Assembly (NCBI GenBank): GCA_965219455.1
Contig: OZ244744.1
Location: 704,001 to 768,000, forward strand
Length of the DNA: 64,000 bases
Origin: Candidatus Latescibacterota bacterium
GTDB lineage: Bacteria; Latescibacterota; UBA2968; GCA-2709665
Direction: 5' to 3'
In this document: positions 37,936 through 46,997 of the stretch, piece after piece
Layout: every line of letters starts with the position of its first letter
Position numbering within the stretch: the first letter of the stretch is position 1
Position numbers and translations under genes: made by a program
Notes under the pieces: model-generated
Seen by the model: only the letters and a program-made list of their open reading frames with translations
Told to the model about the DNA's origin: nothing
Database searches by the model: none

Positions 37936-38242
37936 GTTCACTTTTTGCCTCCCCGGCGCCGAATTTGTTTCCCTAAACCGCACCCGATATCGACAATCCG
38001 TAACGATGTTGCTACCATTCTACCGAAGTTGCACCCGAATCGCCGCAACTTTTCTCATCGGATCCGATCCAAACCATACGGGTCGAATTTTTCGGAAAAA
38101 ATTTATCGTTCCGAATGTCGAAAGTCAAGACCCAATTTTTAAAAATTTGCAGAAAATTCACCGCCCACAAAAACACCGGGGAGCTATCCGATTTTGATCG
38201 CGCAACATGTGCCTGTAATGGAAATTTTGCGAAGGGAAATTG

Positions 38243-38932
38243 TCAAGCCCTTCCTTGTGACGGGCACAGCGCGCCCACGCCGCAGCCCTCACAATCCGGC
38301 TTCCTGGCGCTGCATATCGCCCGTCCGTGATGAATGAACAGATGCGGCAAATCCACCCAGTCTTTCCTCGGTACCAGCGCGATCAGATCCTGCTCGATTT
38401 TGACCGGGTCCTGACGCCGGGTCAGACCCAATCGATTGGAAATCCGGCGCACGTGCGTATCCACCACGACGCCAGCGGCGATGCCGAACGCGTTGCCCAA
38501 AACGACATTGGCTGTCTTTCTTCCAACGCCGTCCAACGCCACCAGTTCATCCATGGATCGCGGTACCTCGCCGCCGTGGATATCGACCAGCGCCTGGCAG
38601 CAGCCCTGGATGTTTCGCGCTTTGTTGCGAAAGAACCCCGTCGAACGGATCAGGTCTTCCAATTCCTCCAGCGGCGCGTTGGCAAAATCCGCGGCCGTCG
38701 GACACCGCTCGAAAAGGCCGGGCGTCACCATATTGACCCGTTCGTCCGTACACTGCGCCGAAAGAATCGTGGCGATTAACAACTGAAGCGGATTCCCATA
38801 GGTCAGCGAACACTCGACGCCGGGATAGACGCCCCTCAGCTTTGTGATAATCTCCCGCGTCCGCGAACGCCTCAGGTCCAGATTTTCGTCAGGCCCCATC
38901 ATCCCTCGATTCCTGATCTGCGTTGCGATCAC
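38243..38932 (-). CDS. nth: Endonuclease III
   Basis: LLIATILSAQCTD, GFFRNKA, GVGRKTANVVL, VDTHV, C-x6-C-x2-C-x5-C. Confidence 0.95.
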   Translation of the reverse strand: MIATQIRNRGMMGPDENLDLRRSRTREIITKLRGVYPGVECSLTYGNPLQLLIATILSAQCTDERVNMVTPGLFERCPTAADFANAPLEELEDLIRSTGFFRNKARNIQGCCQALVDIHGGEVPRSMDELVALDGVGRKTANVVLGNAFGIAAGVVVDTHVRRISNRLGLTRRQDPVKIEQDLIALVPRKDWVDLPHLFIHHGRAICSARKPDCEGCGVGALCPSQGRA

Positions 38933-39717
38933 CAGGGACGCACCACCGGAACAGGCTGCTCCAGACCGTCAGCCCGGATGTTTTCTCCATTCACCCACCG
39001 GGAGCGATCCGACGCCAGAAACACGACCACGTCCGCGACGTCTTCGGGCGAGCCGAGTCCGCCCATGGGAAATCCGTTCTTCTCGTAAGCGGCGTACGCC
39101 TCCGGTTTTTCTTGACGCAAATTGTCCCACCCGCCCCCTTCAAAGATAATCGATCCCGGTGATACCACGTTCACCCGGATCCGGTCATGCACCAGTTCAA
39201 GCGCCATGGGTTCGGCCATGAAGATCTGGGCGGCCTTGGACGCGCCGTACTGCACCGCGCCGCTCAACTGCGGTATCCATCCGGAGATGGAGGAAATGAA
39301 CACCACCGACCCTCCGCCGCGCGCCCGCATATGAGGGACCGCGAGGCGCGTCAATCGAACCCCCTGGAACACGTTCTTGTCGAAGGTCTCCATCCAATCC
39401 TCGTCGGTCGAATCCATCAGCCTGTCGCCGGATCGGCCGCCCACGTTGTTGATCAGAATATCGATCCCGCCAAGTTGCGCGACCGCTTCGTGCACAAACC
39501 GCTCAGCGTCGTCAGGATTCTGCACGTCGGCCTGAATGGCGGCAACGCGGACACCGAGCGCTCCAATCTGCTCGGACGCCTCTGCGAGCGTCTCCTCACG
39601 CCGTGCGCAGATGGCAATGTCGCACCCTTCCCTGGCCAGACCGATTGCCGTTGCGAGACCGATTCCGCGATTCGCGCCGGTCACAAGCGCGATTTTTCCC
39701 TTCAGATGCATATCCAT
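38929..39717 (-). CDS. Short-chain dehydrogenase/reductase
   Basis: TGANRGIG, NNVG, YGASK, VSPG. Confidence 0.93.
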   Translation of the reverse strand: MDMHLKGKIALVTGANRGIGLATAIGLAREGCDIAICARREETLAEASEQIGALGVRVAAIQADVQNPDDAERFVHEAVAQLGGIDILINNVGGRSGDRLMDSTDEDWMETFDKNVFQGVRLTRLAVPHMRARGGGSVVFISSISGWIPQLSGAVQYGASKAAQIFMAEPMALELVHDRIRVNVVSPGSIIFEGGGWDNLRQEKPEAYAAYEKNGFPMGGLGSPEDVADVVVFLASDRSRWVNGENIRADGLEQPVPVVRPW

Positions 39718-39845
39718 TTAGACCTCCTTTGACTCCGCTTTTTTGAACATATCCATATAAATATACACTCTTATCTACGCCCATTGAGTCACATCGCCCA
39801 CGAGAAAGGGAAAAGTTTTACGCCGCTCAGACCCCGCGGACCTGG

Positions 39846-40045
39846 CTCAGCCGTCCACAATTCGCCGGCGACCGCCCTGCAGCCGATCCAGTTCCTCCAG
39901 GCATCGGGGCCTGCGCTTGTTGTGCTGTCTCAAGGCGGCCAGGTACTCTTCCCATTCCCCCTTGCGACCTGAACGGGTGAGTACATCTCTAACTTTGCGC
40001 AGATACGGAACCGCCTCCTGGTACGCCCTGGGCTTTACTCGGGCG
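39846..40045 (-). pseudogene. Diverged duplicate of the 3' end of the SWIM gene (42001-42200)
   Basis: VKPRAYQEAVPYLR...RRRIVDG occurs in both places with scattered substitutions. Confidence 0.88.
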
Positions 40046-40088
40046 AACCAATCCGCCAGGCGGCACCAGGCCCCCGGCAACCTCCCTG

Positions 40089-40250
40089 GCAGCCCGTTGA
40101 AAAAGCCCATCCGGTCTGCGTCCGGCCCTTGTGACCGAATGACGGCGTTGCGCTCCCTCCCCGAATCCAGGGATTCGCGTCGGTCGCGCGCCTTGTCTTC
40201 GGCCACAATGACTCGGCCTCGCCTGCAGAGCGACTTTTCCAACGGACTGC
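40089..40250. mobile_element. MITE-like element, copy 1
   Basis: Ends GCAGCCCGTTGAAAAAGCC and GACTTTTCCAACGGACTGC form imperfect inverted repeats; same ends at 45513-45622. Confidence 0.65.
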
Positions 40251-41803
40251 TACAGCAGCGACCGGCGCGGTTTCGGATGCGGTGCCATGTAGGGACCGCC
40301 GCTGCTGACGTCGGCGATCTCGTCGCCGCGCCAGCGAAAGGTCACCGTCTCCTCTTCGGCGGACTTGTCCCGCGACAGCTCCTCCTCCTCGTACTCGGGA
40401 ACAGCGAAGCGCAGCTCGCTGGTCGTAGCCCCTTCACCCTGCGCCACCACCACGAACCCGTTCTCCAACGTTGCCTCGACAGGCCGCCCGTCGACGGTCA
40501 CCGAGCAGGTCCCCTCATCGGCCCAGCCCGGGAAACGCAGCCGCAGCTCCTTTCCGGTTCGGTTGACCACGGTGACCCGGCCCCCGTTTTCGTCGCGCTC
40601 CGCCTGCACCCCCACCTCCGGCAGCTCGCGGTCGAAGTGGAAGTTGACGCGGACGATCTCTCCCTCGACGTCGACGGTCCGGGTCCAGAGCTCGATAAGG
40701 CTGTGCAGGGCAGCGGCGGTGAAATCGGTGACGCAGGTCTGGCCGCTGACGTGGCCTACCGAGCCGCCGATGGCTCCCACGAAACGGTTGGGGAGGTCGC
40801 GGTAGCAGTCGCGGGAGTCGGCTGCTTCGGCAGGCCGGATCGGAACCGGTTCCCGCACCTGCGCCGGGAACAGCCGGGCCCGCGCGATGCGCTCGGCATC
40901 GTCGAGCAGTCCGGGGTCGGCGAACAGGTCCCATAGCAACAGGGCGATGTGGGCGATGTCTCCCGCCGAGGCGATGTCGCCGCCATAGCGGTCGCCGATG
41001 TCGTGGGTGACGAACCCTGAGCGAGTGATCATCCCGGATACGGCCTCCCGGTAGGTCTTGTATATCAGCTCCTGGCGTTCGCGCGAACCCTGGAGCACCG
41101 CCAGCATCAGCAGGCCGCGGAGAGTGTTTAGGTACGAGTGGGTGTGGTGGCCGCAGCCCCCGGCGAGGCTGCCGTCTGCGTTCACCAGGTGTCCGAAGTG
41201 GAAATCGGCCAAGCGCTCCGCTTCCTCGAGGGCGGCCGGCTCGCGGGTGGCCGCGTGGAAACAGAGCAGGCCCTCGATGGCGCGGCCGTGGGTGTAGGCC
41301 GGGGCGGCGCTGTTGCCGTGCTTTGCCCGCACAGGTCCGCCGTCGAACGAGAACCTCCACTCCATCAGGTCCCGGCTGGCGCGGCTCATCCCCTCGATCG
41401 CCCGGTTGCCCCACTCGGCGGCGCGGCCGCTGCCGCGGCATTCGACAAGCAGTCCGACGGACAGCATGGTCTCGCGGTAGGAGTGGATGTACCAGGTCGC
41501 CGGGTCCCGGGGGTCGACGTCCTCGAGGAAGATGCCGCTGGCGTTGTCGGACAGGCGCCGGCTGTTCTCCAGCATCGCCGCTTCCATCTCCACGGGGACC
41601 TCGAAGCCGGCTGCGCGCTCGAGCCGCAGCATTGTGTTCCACCAGCGTCCGACGTTGTGGCCGGTGCAGTATGGCCGAAACTGGTACATGGCGCCCAGCT
41701 CCCCGTCGACGGCCATGTGCCAGTACGGCAGGTAGCCGTCGTCGCGCGACAGACTGCCGAGGAGGTTGCGGCCGGACAGCAGCAGACGGTCCTCGACGTT
41801 CAT
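40250..41803 (-). CDS. Hypothetical protein, possibly GH127-like (alpha/alpha barrel + beta sandwich)
   Basis: HNVGRW, THGRAIEGL, HTHSYL, LRLRFPGWA; high-GC codon pattern; start uncertain. Confidence 0.6.
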   Translation of the reverse strand: MNVEDRLLLSGRNLLGSLSRDDGYLPYWHMAVDGELGAMYQFRPYCTGHNVGRWWNTMLRLERAAGFEVPVEMEAAMLENSRRLSDNASGIFLEDVDPRDPATWYIHSYRETMLSVGLLVECRGSGRAAEWGNRAIEGMSRASRDLMEWRFSFDGGPVRAKHGNSAAPAYTHGRAIEGLLCFHAATREPAALEEAERLADFHFGHLVNADGSLAGGCGHHTHSYLNTLRGLLMLAVLQGSRERQELIYKTYREAVSGMITRSGFVTHDIGDRYGGDIASAGDIAHIALLLWDLFADPGLLDDAERIARARLFPAQVREPVPIRPAEAADSRDCYRDLPNRFVGAIGGSVGHVSGQTCVTDFTAAALHSLIELWTRTVDVEGEIVRVNFHFDRELPEVGVQAERDENGGRVTVVNRTGKELRLRFPGWADEGTCSVTVDGRPVEATLENGFVVVAQGEGATTSELRFAVPEYEEEELSRDKSAEEETVTFRWRGDEIADVSSGGPYMAPHPKPRRSLL

Positions 41804-42001
41804 CGGGTGTGGTCGACTCCAAACTTGATCGATCGCTCCGGGCGGAGCAGGACATGCTGACGAAATGCTCCAAGTAATGCTCCGGCGGCTTCCGCACTCC
41901 ATTCGTCCGCCATAGCGGATGTTCTCCTTAACTGTCTTTGTGGCTTCGTGTGAAATATGCGTTGGTGGAAGCCCGACGTAATACTTGGGCAAGGTCCAGG
42001 C

Positions 42002-44002
42002 TCAGCCGTCAACAATTCGCCTGCGACCACCCTCAAGCCGGTCCAATTGCTCCAGGCACCGGGGCCTGCGCTTGTTCTGCTGTCTCAAGGCGGCGAGGTA
42101 CTCTTGCCACTCCCCCTCGCGACCTGACCTGGTGAGTACATCTCTGACCTGGCGCAGATATGGAACCGCCTCCTGGTACGCCCTCGGCTTTACCAGTGCG
42201 ATCTGCTGCTCCGCCAATTCCTTCCAGATTGCCACCGCCCGGTCGGGATGAGTCGACGCGATGGCGTCGGCCACCTCGTCGTCGAGGGAGACGTCATACG
42301 TCCAGAACGCACCTCTTGTCCGGCTGGTATGGTCGTACCACTTCACAACCTCATTCGGCTTCTTCTCGGCAATGGCCAGGCGGATCAACTCGTCGACCAT
42401 AGGCGCCTTCTTTTTGCCGGGCGGCGCGGGCATTTCGACTTCCGGAGCGGGCAGGGGCCATTCCATCTCCGGGTCGCTCTTGCGTTTCCTGGTGCTGCGA
42501 GGGCGCAGGCCGGTTTGCAGATAGTGCCGGCCCCACGCCTCGACGCCCTCGCCAACGCCCAGCCCGCGGGCGGCTTTGCACAAAGCCTGAAAATCCTCCG
42601 CGCCGGGTCTGGCGAAAAACTCCTCCGCCTGTATGGCCAGCCCGGCGAGTGGATTGCCGCTGCGCAGGTTGATTGTCTGCAGTTGCTCTCGAAGCGCAGC
42701 GTGCAGGCCTGCAAACCGGTCGGGATTCGCCTCAAGCCCCTGCCTGCACCAGTGCCGCGCTTCGTCCCACGCGCGCTCGGCCATCAGGCGATCCACCAGG
42801 CGATTGTAACTGAAGGTGATGGGGGCTTCGCGCTTGCACAGAGGAATAATCTCGTTCCGCCTGCCAGCCTTTTCCAGGGCGTGAATGAGCCAGTCGGCGA
42901 TCAGATCCCGCTTATAGTCACGCGAAAGCTCATCATCTCGGGGAGGTTGCCCGCGGGCGTCGAGACGCTGCGTTAAGCGGTCACAAACCGCAGACCAATC
43001 GTTTTTCACATAGTCTTTATCCGAGAAGTTTTCCAATCCGTGGTAGCAAAGTTCGTACTCGTCTGCCAGGGCCATGTCCAGGACCCATTCGATCCGGTCC
43101 GCGGGCGACATGGAAGTCGTATCCAGGGTCTCGAAAAGAACGTCGAGACAGGCGCCGATCGCTTCGCTTGACTCTCCCTCGTGCTCGTACTCCAGCGCCC
43201 GGCTGCCCGCGGCCAGTAGTTCCGGTCCCAATCGCACCGCCGCGTCAACCTGTCCGGCCGCCACCAGCGCCTGAAGCATTGCTTTGAGGCGCTCTGTACT
43301 GGCCGATTGGAACCCGTAATCGTCACTATCCCATACGGGTTCTGCCAGGGCTGCGATCTCGGAGCGTATCTTTTTCAGCACTTTGTGCGTCTGCCCCGAC
43401 GTCAGGTTGCGCCTGTCCTCAAGCGACCGGTGCACCTCGTCGTGCGTTTCGGCGAGTTCCAGCAGCAGGTCCACAAGTTCGGCCCGAGTATGCTCCTGCA
43501 GGTACGTACGCAAAGAAGAACTCCGGGATTGCCCGGTCCCGATGCTTTCGGAAAGTGTCTCGCCGGGCTCCTCTTCCAGGTCCTCCCCGTCGAATTCCAG
43601 CGGCTCCTCGGAGGTTTCCGTGATTGCGTCCAACTCCTCAAGCCGCGGGTCGTCTGCCTCAACCGGGCCGACGGCGGTTCCGGCCTTCGCCATCTCCAGA
43701 TATTCAACCACAACGGCCACCGCGTGTTTGCACGTCGTCCAGTAGGGACAGGTACATTCGGATATCAGGTCCTTGCTTCCCTCGATGCTCACCCGGGTGG
43801 CGTAGCGATCACTACCGGACACCCAGGCGACCAGGGCCCCGTCTTCGGCGCGTTTCAATTCCTGGACAGCCCCTTTTCTCGCATAGGACCGACCCCGGGC
43901 AACGATTCGATTGCCGGCCCATTCCTCCAGGTCTTCCCACGTGAGTTCCGAAAAGGGATCAGTGGGCTTTTCGGGTTTGGTCTTCTTCATTCGCGGAGCC
44001 AT
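42002..44002 (-). CDS. SWIM zinc-finger domain protein
   Basis: RGRSY...VSGSDRY...CTCPYWTTCKHAVA; helical C-terminus. Confidence 0.9.
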   Translation of the reverse strand: MAPRMKKTKPEKPTDPFSELTWEDLEEWAGNRIVARGRSYARKGAVQELKRAEDGALVAWVSGSDRYATRVSIEGSKDLISECTCPYWTTCKHAVAVVVEYLEMAKAGTAVGPVEADDPRLEELDAITETSEEPLEFDGEDLEEEPGETLSESIGTGQSRSSSLRTYLQEHTRAELVDLLLELAETHDEVHRSLEDRRNLTSGQTHKVLKKIRSEIAALAEPVWDSDDYGFQSASTERLKAMLQALVAAGQVDAAVRLGPELLAAGSRALEYEHEGESSEAIGACLDVLFETLDTTSMSPADRIEWVLDMALADEYELCYHGLENFSDKDYVKNDWSAVCDRLTQRLDARGQPPRDDELSRDYKRDLIADWLIHALEKAGRRNEIIPLCKREAPITFSYNRLVDRLMAERAWDEARHWCRQGLEANPDRFAGLHAALREQLQTINLRSGNPLAGLAIQAEEFFARPGAEDFQALCKAARGLGVGEGVEAWGRHYLQTGLRPRSTRKRKSDPEMEWPLPAPEVEMPAPPGKKKAPMVDELIRLAIAEKKPNEVVKWYDHTSRTRGAFWTYDVSLDDEVADAIASTHPDRAVAIWKELAEQQIALVKPRAYQEAVPYLRQVRDVLTRSGREGEWQEYLAALRQQNKRRPRCLEQLDRLEGGRRRIVDG

Positions 44003-44214
44003 CTCGTTCGGTTACTCCTTTCAAAAAAAGGGACTTATATACTTATCTTGACAGGTTGATAACTGCTGTACTCGGCATTGAAATTTTCCCTCGGCCTACC
44101 TCGCCTTTTGCCCATTACCTTCAACAATATTTCAACATTTCGGCTTGACAAGATAAATTCTATCCGGTACTTTTACGGAGAAGACATCCAATTGACAACC
44201 ACGGGAGTACGCAA

Positions 44215-44454
44215 ATGTACGGAGAAAACACCTCATGGAGTAATGTGCTCAAGATGAATACACCTACTCTTGTTGCACTTGCGGCTATTCTCATCACAAT
44301 GTTCAGTCTCAAAGCTGATATTCATAGTCTCAAAGCCGATATTCGAGAACTAAGACAAGATATCGACCGAAAACTTGAAAGAATAGATGCCCGCCTGGAT
44401 TCCTTCGGAGAACGTATCACCGCAAACAAGACAAGACTCGACACCTTGGATTAA
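44215..44454 (+). CDS. Small TM + coiled-coil protein
   Basis: TTGACA-17 bp-TACTTT (44145-44173), GGGAG RBS, SLKADIHSLKADI heptads, hairpin at 44480-44513. Confidence 0.7.
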   Translation: MYGENTSWSNVLKMNTPTLVALAAILITMFSLKADIHSLKADIRELRQDIDRKLERIDARLDSFGERITANKTRLDTLD

Positions 44455-44738
44455 CCCGATCTCCCGTAACACCATCAACAGCCTGCCTGAATCCCAAATC
44501 GGCAGGCTTTATTATTCCTCCTCCCTTCAACTATCCAAGCCTTCAAGGTATGTCCGGTAACCATTGTCCCCCCTATCTACGTTGCTGTCAACGTACTGTC
44601 TCGGAACCCATGCCAACTCCCCCTTGTAATGTTTCAACTTGACAAGGCGTATATTTTCCCTTGACACAGGCCACCGTTAGGTTAGATTTCTACTGTAACT
44701 GGTCACGACCGCAAACCTGATTTAATAAAGATATATAA

Positions 44739-45227
44739 ATGCGTATCCTGAGTTGGCTTCTTGAAATATTGGATACCGTCGCCAAATGGCTTTCATCAAA
44801 AAGCAAAGAAAATGAAAAAAGAGAGTCAATTTGGAGCGTAACTGAAAGTGACAGAAGACGATTCGCGTACTTATCTGTATTCTCATTTTTCCTGTCATTA
44901 ATCGTTGTATCCTATTATGAAATTTGGCACACAAATTTCGGTACGCTACATAAAACAACCCACATCATTCAAAATATCGGAACCATTGGTGTCTCTTGCG
45001 TGACACTCGCATTCTTCTTACTGGAAGGAGTGGAGGTTATGAGCCTGCTATTGGGGAATGCCAGAGAACTGGTTGAACGTAGAAAGGCAGACCGAGAAAG
45101 AAAAGACCTTGAAAAAGCTGTTCAGAAGTTTATTGAAAGAGTGGAAGAAAAATTCGGAACGGAACAACCTGTTTCCATTGAAGATATTAGAAATACCGCA
45201 CAAGAAATAACCTCGCAAGAGCGATAA
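44739..45227 (+). CDS. Hypothetical two-TM membrane protein with charged C-tail
   Basis: TTGACA-16 bp-TAGATT (44661-44688); two hydrophobic stretches; hairpin at 45263-45288. Confidence 0.7.
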   Translation: MRILSWLLEILDTVAKWLSSKSKENEKRESIWSVTESDRRRFAYLSVFSFFLSLIVVSYYEIWHTNFGTLHKTTHIIQNIGTIGVSCVTLAFFLLEGVEVMSLLLGNARELVERRKADRERKDLEKAVQKFIERVEEKFGTEQPVSIEDIRNTAQEITSQER

Positions 45228-45512
45228 GCCCTTTCTCTCATATTCCCTTCAGCATACCTACCGCCTGCCAGTATCACTATTGGCAGGCTTTGTTGTTCCG
45301 CCTACCGTTCCCTTCCCTTCCTGCTACGCTCCAGAAAGCGCTCTGTGCGCTCCTGTAAGCACGCAGGATCGACTTTCTCGCCCTTCTCCGTGTTCCTTCT
45401 TTGTCCCTAACTCATTGACAAGCTTCTGAATCGTCTCAGTAGTGCTTTTGTCAAACTCCCCCTCCCACACACTGATCGTCTCATCATCTGGAAATGTCCT
45501 CTGCGGGCCTTT

Positions 45513-45622
45513 GCAGCCCGTTGAAAAAGCCCATCCGGGCTACCTGCCTGTGCGTACGCACGCAGACAGGCGTGCGGCTCTCGTGGCCGAATTACTGCGT
45601 TGCGACTTTATCAACGGACTGT
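45513..45622. mobile_element. MITE-like element, copy 2
   Basis: GCAGCCCGTTGAAAAAGCCCATCCGG ... GCGACTTTATCAACGGACTG; internal palindrome CCTGCCTGTGCGTACGCACGCAGACAGG. Confidence 0.6.
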
Positions 45623-45741
45623 CAGGTCCCATCCGCCTGACGATGCAAAGCACCGGATCCAGACGCGGTAGAGCCCGGAAGAACGTTTAACTGGACGATC
45701 ATCAACGTACGCTTGAGAACCATTAACACCCGGCAGTGCCC

Positions 45742-46878
45742 TTACAGACTTGCCGAGAAGGCCCGCAACGTCGACACCTTCTTTATACCGAGAAGTCGGA
45801 AGGACTCGGAAAACGAAGTCCGCCCTCCCAGCGTACTGGTCACCAAGGCGCCACCAAACCGCCGACCTACACGCGCCTTGAGCGTTGGATGGAAACTGCC
45901 GCCACTTTTCCGTTCGATGTTCCTTATTCGATCCAATTCCCGGCCGTAGGCTGACCCAAGCTCTTCACGGTCCAGTGCACCGACGTCGTGAAGCCGGCGA
46001 ATTACGACCAACGTGCTGACTTTGAACTCGCGAGCAAGGCGATTGAGCTGATTTGGTAGTTCCTCGCTCTCACGGTAACGCTCAAGCAAGGACGCAAGTG
46101 GCACAAGAAGCTCGGCGGCGACGCGGTTGCACCAACCCTCTACGTCGTGGACCGGCACGGAAACAGCGTCAACGTCGGAGAGCGCCGACTCACCGAGCCA
46201 GACGTGCGCGAGTTCGTGAGCCAGCGTGAAAATTTGAGCCGCCCTGGTGTCGGCGCCGTTAATGAAGACGAGCGGTGCAAGATCGTCGCTCAGGGCGAAG
46301 CCCCGAAATTCTTCGGGGTCGAGCCTGCGGTGGGTGTTGTTACCAACGATCCCGCTTGTCATAATCAATACGCCCAGCGCATCGGCCTGCTCAATAAAGC
46401 GCCTTAGTGCCTCGGTCCAGGTACGTAGACTGCGCCGCTCCTCGACGTCGAAACCCAGTTCGGCTCTAATCTCTCTCGCAGTCGTCTCAACGTCGTTTCG
46501 CGTTGTAGCGGAACCCACAAACGCCAGCGGATCTTCTCCCTCGATACGTGCAAAGTCGCGGTACCAATCCTGGCGCTGCAAACAGAGATAGACTGTATCC
46601 AACAGTTCCACACTGGGCCGTCCGACGAACTCATTGCCGATCGTTCGCATGTCAGGTATAGGGACCGGTTCATCAAGCGGCTCCGAAAGGAAGAAAGAAC
46701 CGATCGGGGCATGGGTGGCGCGGGCGAGATTCTCCAATTGCTTGAGCGTCGGCTGTCGTTCACCGCTCTCCCACTCAGAATACTTGGGAAATCGCTTTAC
46801 GAGAGCATCTACGGGAATGCCCGCGCGCTCCCGCGCCCAGCGAAATAACTCCGGTTTGACATTGACCCGCAGTGTCAT
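45742..46878 (-). CDS. XRE-HTH + ImmA/IrrE metallopeptidase
   Basis: WARERAG...WESGERQPTLKQL; FRGFAL; FTLAHELAHVWL; CNRVAAELL; AAGGAG before ATG 46878. Confidence 0.92.
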   Translation of the reverse strand: MTLRVNVKPELFRWARERAGIPVDALVKRFPKYSEWESGERQPTLKQLENLARATHAPIGSFFLSEPLDEPVPIPDMRTIGNEFVGRPSVELLDTVYLCLQRQDWYRDFARIEGEDPLAFVGSATTRNDVETTAREIRAELGFDVEERRSLRTWTEALRRFIEQADALGVLIMTSGIVGNNTHRRLDPEEFRGFALSDDLAPLVFINGADTRAAQIFTLAHELAHVWLGESALSDVDAVSVPVHDVEGWCNRVAAELLVPLASLLERYRESEELPNQLNRLAREFKVSTLVVIRRLHDVGALDREELGSAYGRELDRIRNIERKSGGSFHPTLKARVGRRFGGALVTSTLGGRTSFSESFRLLGIKKVSTLRAFSASL

Positions 46879-46997
46879 TGGAGACTCCTTAATACCTGAA
46901 TGGCGGCAACACGAACGCCGAGCGACCGGAACGTCGAGAAAACTGTAAGGGCACAACTGCCCCGTTTCATCGAACGACGCCGTGTGGGTTGAATCGC

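Noticed and set aside
44448-44690. Integron attC sites after the small low-GC genes
   Set aside because: Candidate TAAC/GTTAGGT boxes are about 235 bp apart with no complementary arms; each gene has its own promoter; no intI
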